Assembly (NCBI RefSeq): GCF_006345805.1
Contig: NC_043015.1
Coordinates: 30,876,001-30,940,000 of the forward strand
Length of the DNA stretch: 64,000 bases
Source: Octopus sinensis
Taxonomy: Eukaryota
Direction: 5' to 3'
Shown here: piece by piece, positions 25,159 through 40,054 of the stretch
Layout of the letters: each line of letters starts with the position of its first letter
How positions within the stretch are numbered: the first letter of the stretch is position 1
The notes under the pieces: generated by a model
What the model was told of the DNA's origin: nothing
Databases searched by the model: none
The model's input: only the letters and a program-made list of their open reading frames with translations
Made by a program: the position numbers and the translations under genes

Positions 25159-27027
25159 ATTATTTTAAGGGAGAAAGTTGAAACAAGACTTATCTCTTCC
25201 ATGTTGAGTTAATATTCCAAGCATTATGAAGGTACCGGAAAAACTCCATAAATACTTCAATCACATGTATTTATGGAGTTTTTTTTCTTTTATATCTTTT
25301 TAATGCTTTGACATTAACTCTCTCTCTCTCTCTCTCTCTTTATATATATATATATAAAATAATATTAGGGAGTAAATCCAAATTTAAAGGGAAAAATTAG
25401 ATTTAGGATTAAATCTAATTTTATAGTATAAATATATATATATTATATTAAATTATTTATTAATTAATTTTATTTCTATGTATTGGTTTATGATTTTCAC
25501 TGTTTGATTTGCCTAATAGTGGTTTTGTCTCTAATTTAATATAATATATATATATATATAATGTACCTTCATGCATATGGATATAGTTACATATATGCAT
25601 ACATCTCTACATACCTATATTGATATATGTACACACGGAATTGTACGTACATGCATATCATCATCGTCATCATATAGCATTCGTATTCCATGCTGAAGCT
25701 AAATTATAATGGTATTGATGATATCCATATTTGTAAGATTGTGTGTAGGTATATACATACATTATTATATATATCCTAGAAAGTCAAGGTGACTGGGAAA
25801 AAAAGTGTATTATTGTGTGAGAAAAAAACAAAGAAAGTTGATAGCTGTGTCATTTCTTCTAACTTTGGAAATATTAACAAAGCCCTCTCTTTCTTCTCTT
25901 CCACTCCACTCCAACCCCTTATTTCTCGAGGTAAATATCAGCTGTCTGGTAACATTCCCTCAGTCACTCTCTCTCCATTTTTAGCAGACTATTCATATAT
26001 ACTGACAGTGTCGCTCTGAAGAGAATGGCAGGCAGCATTTGCCATTTTTCATCCATCATAATAATGCTCCCCTCACTGTACACGTAAATTTACACACATG
26101 TGCCTATGCGTGTGTGCTCACACACACACACACACACATATGCACACAGTTCCTTCTTCGTAGAATCCCAGGACTCTTTCTCTCTCACCTAAAGTGGATG
26201 AATGAGTCAGCCCTTGCAGAGCTCCCTTTTTTTTTGTTCCCCCCCCCCCCCAAGCTTCAAATCTTTTCAAAAGGGAGCAGCTTGATCAGGGAGTCTAAGT
26301 CTGTCTGTATGTCTTTCTCTCCTGTCTGTCAACATTTCCATTTCTGTCTGTATGTACGCCTGTCTGTCTTTCTGCTAGTCCTTCTGTCTGTCACCGTGTC
26401 CTCGTTCTTCTAGAACACATGATGCAAGAGGACAAAGGTCAAATAAATCTGAGCACACAAATGCACATGCACACATGCATACACTTACACATGCACACAA
26501 ACACATTCACGATTCCTCTTTATCACTTTGCTGACATTTTGAGCTCAATTTTGGAAAAGAATTTTATTCCCTCTTTGTATTATTCTCTTTGTCTGTTTCA
26601 TTGTTAGTATTTTTTCAGACATCATCTTCATCGCCTTGGCTATCATCATCATCGTCATCACGATCCTCATCATTATCATTACCATCACAATCTTCAGCAT
26701 TATCATTACTACTTCTTTCATCACCTCATCATTACAATCATTCCAGTCGTCATCATCATTACCACCACCACCATCATTGCTATCAGCATCCCCTTCGGTA
26801 TCATCACCATTGTACACCAGATTCCTTCACTGTAATTAGTCCAATTGGTGTCACTCTCCTCCTCTTGTATCAAACACTTGTAATTTCCACAACAGCTATT
26901 TGACTTGACTGTTTCTCTCTCTCCATCTCTGCTATTCAAACTTCCTCACTACCAACACCACCATCACCCTCTTTCTTATTTTCAATCTATTAACACTATC
27001 ATGAGCACAGATAACACACACTCTTTG

Positions 27028-27078
<51 letters not shown>

Positions 27079-28994
27079 ATATACCGTGTCGGTGGCACGT
27101 AAAAAGCACCAACCGATCGTGGCCGTTGCCAGCCTTGCCTGGCACATAAAAAGCATCCACTACACTCATGGAGTGGTTGGCGTTAGGAAGGGCATCCAGC
27201 TGTAGAAACACTGCCAGATCAGACTGGAGCCTGGTGCAGGCCCCCTGGCTTCCCAGACCCCGGTTGAACCGTCCAACCCATGCTAGCATGGAAAACGGAC
27301 ATTAAACCACACCATAATTTGCAAAAAAATTCATCTGTGTACAGGGTACGCATCACCCTCTAACCCCCCTTTTTTTTTTCATCCTTAATCTGCTTTATCT
27401 TGTAATTTTGAGATTTTGATGAGGTTACTGTTAATTTTTCGAATGATATTCTAACGTTGGTGTGAGAGGCTAGATCTGGCTAGTTTGAACATAAAGCATG
27501 TGGAATATTTTGATCAAATACGGCCGGTCTAAATGCTAAAAGGTTAAGTGGTAAATTCTTTGGTATGCACCTGGTTCACAAAGTGAAGTCTTGATTTAAT
27601 AATTGTGAGTTCAACACTCCAGCCACAAGGCCATGTGCCTTTACTGCTGAGGGAAAATATTGGGGTCCCTACTCTGTTTTGAAAAGTCATGTCACTGACT
27701 GGCAAAAAGGAAAGAAAAAATCCTCAGATACTTTCCTATACTGAACTGATTAGTTTCTTTGCTGCTTGGTGCCTTGCATAATTAATTGCATTCACTTATC
27801 TAATTCACAATGTATTATATTTTATGACAGGTCACACAAAACTCGATGATGGCCAACTACTTTGAAACTGTTTTGTTATGGCTTGGCAAAACTCTAGGAG
27901 TGAGTGATAACTCCAGTATTCTATAGCAAGACAAAATATATTGTAAGTATACATAAAGTATATTTTAACTCCTTTGCTTCAAATAATTAAAAAAAAATAT
28001 TGAAGAATTTAGTAACTTAATTTTGTCACTCATTATCAATCTGGTTTTTAAGGCTGGCAGAATCATTAGTATGCCAGGCAAAATGCTTAATGGTATTTTA
28101 TCAGTCTTTACATTCCGAGTTCAAATTCCACCATTTGGGTTTGATAAAATAAGTACCAGTTGAGTACTGGAACCAATGGAATTAATTTACCCCCTTCCCT
28201 GAACTTGCTGGCCCTTTGCCAAAATTTGAAACCATTAGTAATCTGGTGTTGGTCTCAAAAGTTTGGCATCAGAAGGGTTAATCATATAAATGCAGGCAGC
28301 CCACTCACTTACATAATGAAAGTATTGCTTCCTTGACAACCTTGCTATCAGATGGAACCTAGTTTTTCATTGGTTTTGTGTTACAGTATTCCACATTATG
28401 TCTAGATTTCCTTTTTTTGTAACATAACACTTCTGTAATATAAGAGATATTCATATGTTTTACATTTTCATAAATTTGAACTGGTTTATTGTTTTTGTTT
28501 TGACTCTGAAATATTTGTGAGTGTGTCTGTGTGTGTTTGAGAGTAAAATATCCATGTGCTAGTGTGTGTGTTATGGCCATATGACACAAAACAGTACTGG
28601 TGGTGGTGAAATATCAAGCCAGCATCTAACCATTTCCTTGGCAACCAACAGGACCTTTTCAGCTAGCTCCAGTTATTGTTTCCATACTCTCTAGTGTTGT
28701 TCAGCTCCAAGTCGTCAGCTCTGACTGAGTAGTCCTATGATCAGGGACATTTCGGTCTTGATCACCCTTTGTTTGTTGTATATCATCATCATCATTTAAT
28801 GTCTGTTTTCCATGCTGGATGGTTTGACAGGAACTGGCAAGTCAGAAGACTGCACCAAGCACTACTGCCTGCTTTGGCAAGGTTTTTAAGACTGGATGCT
28901 TTTTCTAACACCAACCAGTGTGGACTGGGTGTTTTTTATGTGAAGCTAGCAGCAGTGAGGCCACCAAATAATTTACAAGACAGGACCTCTCAGC

Positions 28995-29209
28995 TTAACC
29001 CATTTGTTACCATATTCTGTCGAGATGCTCTGTGTTTCTTTCAATTAATTTTAAATATAACAAAGAATTTAGTAAAACAACTTTGTTATTAAGCTGGTGT
29101 TAGGAACGTGAATTGTGACTAAGGCTTGGTGGAAGATTTTAATGAAAACAAGACATTTGTATTACAGAGCCAGAGCCGGTTTTGGCCGGGTTGGTAACAA
29201 AAGGGTTAA
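28995..29209. mobile_element. piggyBac-type MITE, family A (opposite orientation)
   Basis: TTAACCCATTTGTTACCA...TGGTAACAAAAGGGTTAA; interior is the reverse complement of 24111-24338. Confidence 0.85.
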
Positions 29210-31121
29210 AGAGGGAGTAATATATAGGAAGGTGGCTTTGTGCCAGAGGAGAGAAGTGTGAGTGGAGGGACAGAAATAGATGCCTTGCAGTAAAGAAGAT
29301 ACATGGCTACCTGAGTAGGAGGAAAAGAGGTGGGGGGAGAAGGAAGATGATGAAGAAGTGATGGAGCGGGGTACACTCAAATTACAAGGTGGGGTATATA
29401 AGTGGGATTAAGGATTGGATAAGGTGAGCGGGTGGTATATGCAGGATAGGTGGCACACTGGCTGAAATGTTAACGCATCAGGTGAAATGCGTAGCTGTAT
29501 TTTGTCTGCCGTTACGTTCTGAGTTCAAATTCCGCCGAGGTCGACTTTGCCTTTCATCCTTTCGGTATCGATAAATTAAGTACCAGTTACGCACTGGGTT
29601 CAATGTAATCGACTTAATCCCTTTGTCTGTCCTTGTTTGTCCCCTCTGTGTTTAGCCCCTTGTGGGTAGTAAAGAAATAGGTATATGTAGAACTGTAATA
29701 TTTTCTTTTTAAAAGATGAACTGATATAATTTGAAGGAATTTAGTTGCTGTTTTTAGTATTTTGAGTAACCATGAAGTGTTCTTCATTGGTTTCAATCAG
29801 GTCACTTGATTGAAACATCCGGTCATCTGACATAAAGTGTCTTTCAGAAAGATATGTAAATTAGCAAAAAATAATTTTAAATAAAATGAAAATAGGCAAG
29901 CCTCTATGTGTTGGGTTGGCTTGCTAGAAATAGCAGTCGAAATTTCTTTTAAATTGTATATTACCATCTTAAAAGACACTTTGTATAAGGTAGTTCATCA
30001 TTTTAAAAGTCAATTGCTTGAAAATTAGCTAGGATGGATGGTCATGGTTGGAATGTTTGATCATGAGTCTTTTTAATCAGTACTGACCTTGGTTAAACAA
30101 CAACATCAACCATAATAATAATAAATAAACAATAATAAAGACAGGTAGCCGGGACCACATTTTGGAGACATGTTTAAGATGTGCTCCCTCATTCATTTGG
30201 GGTCTATAAAATAAGTACCAGTTGAGTACTGGGGTCAATGGAATTAACTTACCCCCTTCCCTGAACTTGCTGGCCTTGTGCCAAAATTTGAAACTATTAG
30301 TAATCTGGTGTTTGGATGTATCATAGAGCCAGGGTTGGTCACAAATGTTTGGCATAAAAAGGGTTAATCATATAAATGTAGGCTTCCTGTCCCCTTACAT
30401 GATGAAAGTATTAGTTCCTTACCAAAGCTATCAGTTTTTGCCAATTGCTATCAAGACCTCAGATGTTCTTCGACCCCACACTGGTGATTTTCTCCACAAA
30501 ATCAGGATCTCTGCTGCCCGTCTGAGAAACGGGGTGGCTGTTGCAGCAAGGGTCACTGCCCATTCCCTGTGGCTAAACACGCTATTTGTTCTGGGGTGTA
30601 CAAACCATTACTGCCCCACACCATCTTCTGCTGCTTAATCTTCCCTGGGTTTTTTTTTTTTTCTTTGTTTCCCTGGTGAGGTTGTTAGGGTTTTTTCTCA
30701 ATAATTTGATCTTTTATATTTTTAATGTTTTTCTTTTCTTTTCTTCCTCTAAAAATATTTTCTTGATAAATTATCAAATAATTAAGAATAAACATTTTTT
30801 TCTGATTAATTCCTGTTGATAATGTTCTTATCTAAAATCTTAATAGAGGCAATTTTTATCTCTTTAAACATTTTGGGAAAAATTCTATGCATAAATCGCA
30901 TGTGTGTGTGTACATACACACATACAAATAGATATATATGTTTATGTGTGTGATGTGTTCTTTTAGTTTTCATATTCTTTAGTTATTAATCATGTGTGTG
31001 TGTGTGTGTGTGTGTATATATACACACTGATACAAATAGATATTATATATGTGTTTATGTGTGATATATTCTTTTGCTAGCTTTTAGTTTTTGGACAGCA
31101 TCCATAGTAGGTACATCATTC

Positions 31122-31164
<43 letters not shown>

Positions 31165-34100
31165 TGTGTGTATATATATATATATGTGCGTGTGTGTGTA
31201 TATGTGTGTGTGTATGTGAGTATATATATGTGTGTGTGTGCGTGTGTATATGCACATGTGTGTGTGTGTGTGTATATATATATGTGAGTATATATATGTG
31301 TGTGTATATGTGTGTGTATATATATGTGTGTATATATATATATGAGAAAGAGAGAAGAAACAACATATCCTTAAGATGTTAAGGAATGGAAAGCTGATAT
31401 CGATTGATCGATTTGATAAGATGAAGATATTTTGGTAACAGTTCATTACACGTGTGTATCCGTGTGTAAGAATGTCTGAGCGAGAGAGGAGAGCATATTA
31501 CAGCATTCCATGAAGGGTTTTGTTTTTTTTTTTGGTTTGTTTTGATGTTTTCTTGTTTGTTTATTTACACTAACCCCTCCCCCTCCTTGTCTTGATCATT
31601 AATTAGACCCATTGGTTGTCTTCCAACCTACAACACAAGATTCCCTCAGAAATAGTTTCCCATATAAACGAATCACAGACTGCCCCGAAGCTCTGATAAC
31701 GACATTACTGGAATAGCTTTAGAACGGTGAGGAATGAGAAAACTTCCTCTTCAGATGAACTGAAGATTGTCACTACCGCCGGTAGTGGTGGTGGTGGCAG
31801 CGGTCTCTCTCTCTCTTTTACTTGTTTCAGTCATTTGAATGCAGCCATGCTGGAGCAACGCCTTTAGTCGAGCAAATCGACCCCGGGACTTATTCTTTTG
31901 TAAGCCCAATACTTATTCTATCGGTGTCTTTTGCCGAACCGCTAAGTGACAGGGACATAAACACACCAGCATCGGTTGTCAAGCAATGCTAGGGGGACAA
32001 ACACACACACACACATATACGACAGGCTTCTTTCAGTTTCCGTCTACCAAATCCACTCACAAGGCATTGGTCGGCCCGGGGCTATAGCAGAAGACACTTG
32101 CCCAAGATGCCACGCAGTGGGACTGAACCCGGAACCATTTTGTTGGTTAGCAAGCTACTTACCACACAGCCACTCCTGCGCCTATAAATTCTGTTTATTT
32201 ATGAGACATTTTAAACCCATTTGTTACTCTGTTTCTGTTGAGGTATCCTGACTTTGTTTCAATTAATTTTGAAAATAATGAACAATATTGTAGTAGAAGT
32301 GGCTGTGTGGTAGGTAGCTTGCTTACGAACCACATGGTTCTGGGTTCAGTCCCACTGCGTGGCACCTTGGGCAAGTGTCTTCTACTTTAGCCTTGGGCCA
32401 ACCAAAGCCTTGTCAGTGGATTTAGTAGACAGAAACTGAAAAGAAGCCTGTCGTATATATGTATATATATATGTGTGTGTGTCTGTGTTTGTCCCCCCAA
32501 CATTGCTCGACAACCAATGCTGGTGTGTTTACGTCCCCGTAACTAAGCGGTTCAGCAAAAGAGACCGATAGAATAAGTACTAGGCTTACGAAGAATAAGT
32601 CCTGGGGTCGATTTGCTCGACTAAAGGCGGTGCTCCAACATGGCCACAGTCACATGACTGAAACAAGTAAAAGAGAGAGTAATTAGTAAAATATCTTTAC
32701 CATTATTGAGCTGGTGTAAGGCAGTGAGCTTGCAGAAGATGTTGGACAAAATTCTTGGTAGCATTTCTTTTGGCCCTTTATGGAGTTCAAATGCTGTTGA
32801 TGTCAATTTTCCTTGTCGTCCTTTAGAAGTTTATAAAATAAATACTAGTGAAGCAGTTGGACTTAACCCCTCTGCCAAAATGTCAGGTTTTGTGCATATA
32901 GCAGAAAGGATTATTAAACTGGTGTTTGGAACAGAAATTAATATAGAATTGATAGAAAGTTTTAATTCTGGACACGAAAGAACACAAAACTTGTATCATA
33001 GAACCAGATATAGTCTTGGGTGGGTTGGCATTAAGAGCATTCAGAATTTGAGCATTGTAACTGGCTAAATCTGACCACTCTGATAGGATGTCCAGTTTTG
33101 TTAACATGTTATCTTTAGCAGCAGAAAACGTTTTCATTGTTTATATTTTAAATGTCTGAGAGTAGTAGTAGTAGTAGTTGTTGTTAATGATTATAATTAT
33201 TATTCCACCAAGGTGGACTTTGCCTTTCATCCTTTTAGTTTGCATAAAATAATACCAGCTGATCACTAGGGTTGATGTAATTGACTTACTTTCTCCTCTG
33301 AAATTGTTAGCCTTGTGCCAAAATTTGAAACCAATTTGATTATAATTATTCAGACCGTTATAAATCTTATCTTTAACCCCTTCATTACCGTATTTCTATT
33401 CAGTTTTATTCCCCTTGATTCATCATCATCATTCAGCGTCCGCTTTCCATGCTGGCATGGGTTGGACGGTTCAACTGGGGTCTGGGAAGCCAGAAGGCTG
33501 CACCAGGCCCAGTCTGATCTGGCAATGTTTCTACAGCTGGATGCCCTTCCTAACGCCAACCACTCCGTGAGTGTAGTGGGTGCTTTTTACGTGCCAGACG
33601 AGGCTGGCAAACGGCCACGGTCGAATGGTGCTTTTTGTGTGCCACCGGCATGGGGGGGCCAGGCAAGGCTGGCAACGACCACGATCGGATGGTGCTTTTT
33701 ATGTGCCACCGGCACGGAATTCTATGTTCAAATACCATCTTGGTAGATCAAAATAAAGAACAAGTGTATGAACAGTTTGTCAAGATGTTTTAATATTAAG
33801 AAACTTCAAATAACAATGTAAGAATGGTGTAGCGGCCATATGGGCTGGACAATTAAGCACATGGTCATGAGTTCAAATCTGACTGCAACCATTATGTTGT
33901 TAACAGAGAAAACAACTAGATTCTGTGGAAATCAGTGATAGTCTGTCTGTGTTTATCAATGTGTTTGAGGTGTGCGTATGTCACGTGCTTGGGATATTAT
34001 GTATGATGTGTGTTTGTGATGTATGTGGAAATGCGTCTATGATGTTTGTGATGGTATTGTGTGTGTCAATAATAAAAAGAAAATTGGGAATACTCTTTGT

Positions 34101-34810
34101 AAAAACCAGACAAGTTTGTGTGCCACAGGGAGGGACAATTTGCTCTTTGAAGAAATGAGTTATTGTTAGTTTATTTGGTTAGTTGCATTTTATTGGTTTG
34201 ACCGAATAAATAAAAATCAGGTGCTATCACTTTTATGGTTGAGTGCTTCCGGAGAAAGACAGTTGTTGTTGTAACAAAAGACCCCACTCCACTCATCTCA
34301 CAGAAGTTAGGGTGATTGGGATCTAATCTACAGTTCCTATAAATCTTGTTATATTACTGAGTCAAATGATAAATGTCTAGGGTTTTTTTTTATTAGATCC
34401 AGAACAGCCCTGATTAAGCAGAGCTATGAATCAAAAGCTTTCCAGTTGTGACCAACCCATGTTGTCATATAATTAGAATTGATTACATTGGTCTTCTTTT
34501 TTTTTTTTTTTTTTTGAAGTGGTTGAGTGTAATCTGAGGTAACTTGGCTGTTGTTTCTTGGAGGTCGATTGAGCATACAGAGGCTTTTTGTTAGCTCAGC
34601 AAATATTTAGTGATGCATATATGGGTGTGTATGAGATGGAATTTGGTGATGTGTTATGTGATGGAATGTGATGCACAGAAATGTAAGAGGTACATTGTGT
34701 GTGTGTGTGTGTGTGTGAGATGTGTGTGATTTAATGTAATTTTGTGAATATATGGGATGTGTATGTAATAGTCTGTATGTATGTGTTTGATTGAATTTTG
34801 AAGGTGTGTA

Positions 34811-34853
<43 letters not shown>

Positions 34854-35483
34854 AAATACCAGCGTGTGACTCCACACCACACTATCTTCTTGCTGACTTC
34901 ACCCCTCATTCACCTTCACTTCATTCTCTTTGACTGTGTGTGTGTGTATGCAGAGACTATAGCAGCATCCCCTCGAATACTATTCTCTGTGTGTGTATGT
35001 GTGTGATACACCCTACACCTTTCCAGTTATTGGATTGATGTTATTGTTCTGTGTGTGTGTGTTTCTGTGATTCATTCATCAAAGCAATCAGGCGTGCTTG
35101 ACTCAAAAATGATTTAAAAAAGCCAATCAATATAAATATGAAATAAAAACAAGATATATATTTAAAACCTGGTTTGAATCAGTAAAAAATATTTTGGGAA
35201 AAGTAAGGTTTTGAAAATATCCTCGAAATTATATTAATAATCTTCAATTTTTTTCTTTTTTTATTTTGTTATTCTTTTCTTTTTTGTTATGGTGGTGAGC
35301 TGGCAGAATTGTTAGCGCATGAGATGAACTGCTTTTTTTATTCTGAGCTCAAATTCAGCTGAGGTCGACTTTGCCTTTCATCCTTTAGGGATTGAAGAAA
35401 TAAGTACCAGCCAAGGACAAGGGTTGATTATCCCCCTCCTCCCGAATTTCAGGCCTTGTGTGCATAGTAGAAATTATTATTAT

Positions 35484-35825
35484 TGAGTGAGAGAGCAATG
35501 CATGCCATCAAAGTGACTCTGGGGTACAAATATACAAAGCCCAATACATCCATCATGACCACCTGTCTGATAAGAGTACACCCATGTGACATGGTGATCG
35601 CATGTCAAGATAAACAGCACATGACCTTACTACAGGTGGAGCCCAGTTAAAATTTTATTCAGGTCGAGTCATCCATTCTGCTCAAAAGGTCCTTAAATAA
35701 GGTTTAAGGATGATGAATGAAACACCCATGTTTCCTGAGGTGAATTATTCAAACCCCAAAGAATTCTTCTTAACACATGGCTATGATGCTCCGCCACTAC
35801 TGCTGCTCGTGATCAGAGGGAGATG
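35484..35825. repeat. probable interspersed repeat of unknown class
   Basis: Compositionally distinct block next to an (ATT)n SINE tail. Resembles an octopus repeat from recall only; single copy in this window. Confidence 0.3.
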
Positions 35826-36077
35826 CTCACGTGTTCTCTCAGAAATAAAAAGTCTGCTGGTTAGTAGTAGCACTTCGTTTTGACGTAGAAGAGAAGACCA
35901 ATGTTTTGCAGATAGAGAGACTGCAGGAACAGAATTGATCGGGTCAAAGCATGGAAATGCTAATACAAATAGACACTCAGATTCTGGACCTGATCAATAA
36001 GCCAAATAGCTCACAACTATATGTGGTCATTGAGGGCAGAAAGCCCATATGTCACTTGTGCAGTAACTCAAATCACC

Positions 36078-36306
36078 TTAACCCTTTAGTATTCACATTA
36101 TTCTGTCAAAAGTAATGCTTATTTATTCGCATTGTTTTAAATTAATCTTGCGTTATCTCGTAGCTTTGAGATTTTGATGAAGTAACTATTCATTTTTAGA
36201 ATTATATGGTAGGGCTGATGTGAGAGGCCAGATCTAGCCAATTTGAACATAAAACAAGGGAGAATATTTTGGCCGGGTATGGCCGGTTTAAATGCTAAAG
36301 GGTTAA
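36078..36306. mobile_element. piggyBac-type MITE, family B
   Basis: TTAACCCTTTAGTATT...AATGCTAAAGGGTTAA; interior matches 16993-17198. Partial copies at about 27385-27547 and 50410-50619. Confidence 0.85.
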
Positions 36307-39300
36307 GGGTGTTTGTTCGAAAGAAAGAAGACCACTACTTCTGCCAACACCTTAATCACAGTAGCACTAAGGGAATCACCAAGGTAATCAGGAGCTGCAC
36401 CAATGGTTAGGGTGTAGCTATAGCCAAAATGGCAATTGCGACTCAAGAATCAACATTTTTTTTCTGACTCTTTACATGCAGGTTTCAAGTTTTGATGAGG
36501 TCAACTTAATCTTTCATCCTTTCAGCATTGATAGCGTTGCAGTCAAGTGCAGGGGTTGATTGAATCAACTAACACATTTCACTAAAATTTCTAGCTTTGT
36601 GCCAAAATTTAAAACAAATATTAAGGGCAATAGATTGTCGGCGTCATCAGAATATGGGTAAATATTCCTCATGGCATTTTTTGTGGTTCTTTACAATTTT
36701 AGTTTAAGTCTTACTGAGGTCAACATTTTCTTTCACCCTTTAGGGGTCAATGAAATAAAATATCCTAAGTTCTGGACTGATGATATCGACTTACACCTCA
36801 CCCCGCCTAGTCATTTGCCTAAATCAGAAACAATTATCTTCTTTCTTTTATCTTTTACTTGTTTCAGCCATTGCACTGTGGCCATGCTGGGGCAATGCCT
36901 TGAAGTATTTAGTTGAACAAATTGACTCCAGTACTTAAAAATTTTTTTTATTTTATTGCCCACAAGGGGCTAAACAAAGAGGTGACAAACAAACGGATTA
37001 AGTCGATTACATCGACCCCAGTACGTAACTGGTACTTAATTTATCGACCCCGAAAGGATGAAAGGCAAAGTTGACCTCGGCAGAATTTGAACTCAGAAGT
37101 CTGGTACTTATTATATCCACTCTTTTAGTGAACTGCTAAGTTACAGACACATAAACCTATACAAGATGTCAAGCAGGAAGGATAAACAAGCACAGATATA
37201 CACACATGCGTGTGCACACACACACATGAATTAGTTATAAGGATTCGATAGAACCTAGGCAAATCAACATGTAGGACACCAGAAATGGCTAGGTTCAATA
37301 ACATAGAGTTCACAGTGAGGTAAACAACAATGAAAGTATGAAGCATTTGTAGGATACTGTAGATATGTAAGTACCAAATCCAATTTAAACCATATATCTG
37401 ACTCTTGGGTTGGTTCCAGGTGTGGAATATGTATAAAAAGAGAACACAAATGACGTTTAAAATTTACGATAGCTGTTTTGGTAGAATTTTATTAGTGTAT
37501 TCATGGATGACATCATAACATATAGTCCACCATCTTCAGGCAAAATGTCAAACAGGTGGGATTTCATACTCCACAGTTAAGTATCAAACTTAAAAATAAG
37601 TCCTGGATTCAATTTAGTTGACTAAAACTGTTCAAGGTGGCATCCCAGCATGAGTGTATCCCAATGACTAAAACAAATAAAAGAAAGTGATTTAAGTACA
37701 AGACTTGCAATTTTTTAAAGGAGAGAGTTAGCTGATTGCATGGACCCCAGTATTAGACTGATACTTTACAATACTCGGAGAGACGAAAGGCAAAGTTTAC
37801 CTTGGCTGGATTTGAACTCCAAACAAATAACCAGAATAAATACTGCAAGGCATCTTTTTCTGATGTTCTCATGATTCTCCCATCTCACCTCCCATAATAA
37901 TAATACTCCCTAATTTCAACTCAAGCCTAGTCATTTTGAGGAGAAGTGTCAGTACCTTCAACTCCAGTTCCTGACTGGGAGGAAAGGCAAAGTTGACCCC
38001 AGTAGGAATTGAACTTGGAATGTAAAAAGCTAGAAGATACTATCTTAATATGGGTTTCATATTTCGGCACAAGTAGAGGGGTTAAGTTGATTGCATTGAC
38101 CCCAGTGCTCAACTGGTACTTATTTCATTGACCCTGAAAAAAACCAAAGGCAAAGTTGACCATGGTGGAATTTGAGTTCAAAATGTACTCTTCAGAAGCA
38201 ATGCTGTTATGTATTTTGTCCGACATGCTAACGATAACGAGCTATTTTATTGAATGCGTCCAAATTCTTGATTATCTTCAAAATTAATTAAGACATAGTG
38301 AATATGGTCATGAAAACCGTTAACTGACAAAAACTTTTGAATCAGTTGTTAATCACTTGTTCAATCCAAGTCACTCATAAAAACCTGTTGTGTGTGTGGA
38401 TGGTATTAGCTAAGCGTATCGACATCTGGCACAATGCCCGGGTTATTTATTCAGTCATAAATATCGTGTTCTATTCTACTCTAAGTACAGATACTGTCTT
38501 GTGCAAACATATGCATGGAGTCATGGTCAATTTAAACAAATAGCTTTAGAGAATATCAATAATAGAATGTTTAATATAACATATACTGTGTGCAGAGTGT
38601 ATATACAATGTAGCATGTGTGCAGTGTTGTTTAACCCTAGGGTGTTCCTGATTGGGGAACCACGATCACCTGTTTTTTATTTTCCTTTTATTTTTTTTCG
38701 GATATATCTAAAACTACATTATTCAGTGTGTGTTTGTGTTTTTTTTTTCCTTATAAAGACAGTGAGCCATGTGTGGATATTCTAAAGATAGTGAGCTGTG
38801 TGAGGGATATTTGGTTGCCTTTTTTTAGCAGTCAGGAAATCACATGGAGGCTCCTTCACCTGCTGCAAATTGCTTCATACATGTGTGTGCATGTGTCTAA
38901 ACAGATGTGACTGTCTGGTTAAGAAGCTCACCATGCAACCATGTGGTTTCAGAGCCACTCCCATTCCACGACACCTTTTGCAAATGTCTTCCACTATTGT
39001 CCTAGGTCGAGCAATACTTTGTTAATCAATTTATTTCCAACTTTATGTACCTCTGGTTTTGTCCTTGGCACTGTGCATCGTTCTCACATTTATCATCATT
39101 TGTGCTGCCACCTACCACCTTCCTGATTCACTCCTTCTTCCTCTACCTTCTCCTCCAACCACACTGCCACCCATGTTCACCAGTCACTGCATTTATCTCT
39201 ACCTGTCGTGAAGTCACTCACCTACCCCACTCAACCTGTCCCATTCTCTGTATCACTTCTCTTATATTTTGCCTTCCTGTGAACAGAGGGTATGCCCTGA

Positions 39301-39822
39301 CAATTTTCACCATCGTCTTTCTCTCTTTTCCATTAGTGGTAGCCATGTATCTCTTCTATAGCAACACCACTTGCCCTCATTTGAGGGAGTCTTGTCTTAC
39401 GAGTTACATGGTGACCTCACTGATGCTGGTGCCACATAAAAAGCACCCAGCTGTAACAACCATGCCAAAGCAAACACTAGAGTTCGGCTCAGTCTTCTGG
39501 CTTGTAAGACTCCTGTTGAATTGTCCAACCTATGCCAGTGTGGAAAATGGATGTGCCGCACTTGTACCAGTGCCATGTACAAAGTACTCGTGCCACTTGC
39601 ATGTTAAAAGCACCCAACACACACTCTCAGAATGGTTGGTGTTAGGAAGGGCATCCAGCTGTAGAAACCGGACCAAATCAAACTGGAACATGGTGTAGCT
39701 TCTCAGTTTGTCAGCTCTGGTCAAACCATCCAACCCATGCAAGCATGGAAAACGGACATTAAAGAATGATATATACATGTATGTATGTATATATACGGAC
39801 ATTAACACATACATATATTCGT

Positions 39823-40054
39823 ATTTCTTTATTACCCACAAGGGGCTAAACATAGAGGGGACAAACAAGGACAGACATAGGTATTAAGTCGATTACATCG
39901 ATCCCAGTGCGGAACTGGTACTTAATTTATCGACCCCCGAAAGGATGAAAGGCAAAGTCAACCTTGGCGGAATTTGAACTCACAACGTAACGACAGATGA
40001 AATACCGCTAAGCACTTCGCCCGGCGTGCCAACGATTCTGCCAGCTCGCCACCT
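39823..40054 (-). mobile_element. second tRNA-derived SINE family (GGCGAGCTGGCAGAA head)
   Basis: B-box-like GAGTTCAAATTCC and GTCGACTTTGCCTTTCATCC core. Copies at about 11628-11854 (-), 29449-29679 (+), 36951-37097 (-); many decayed copies at 14510-15230, 18900-19730, 28050-28240, 32710-32915, 35290-35480, 37700-38200. Confidence 0.85.

Noticed and set aside
39045-39698. 217-aa ORF
   Set aside because: Non-ATG start, low-complexity pyrimidine-rich sequence running into a decayed repeat, and no domain.
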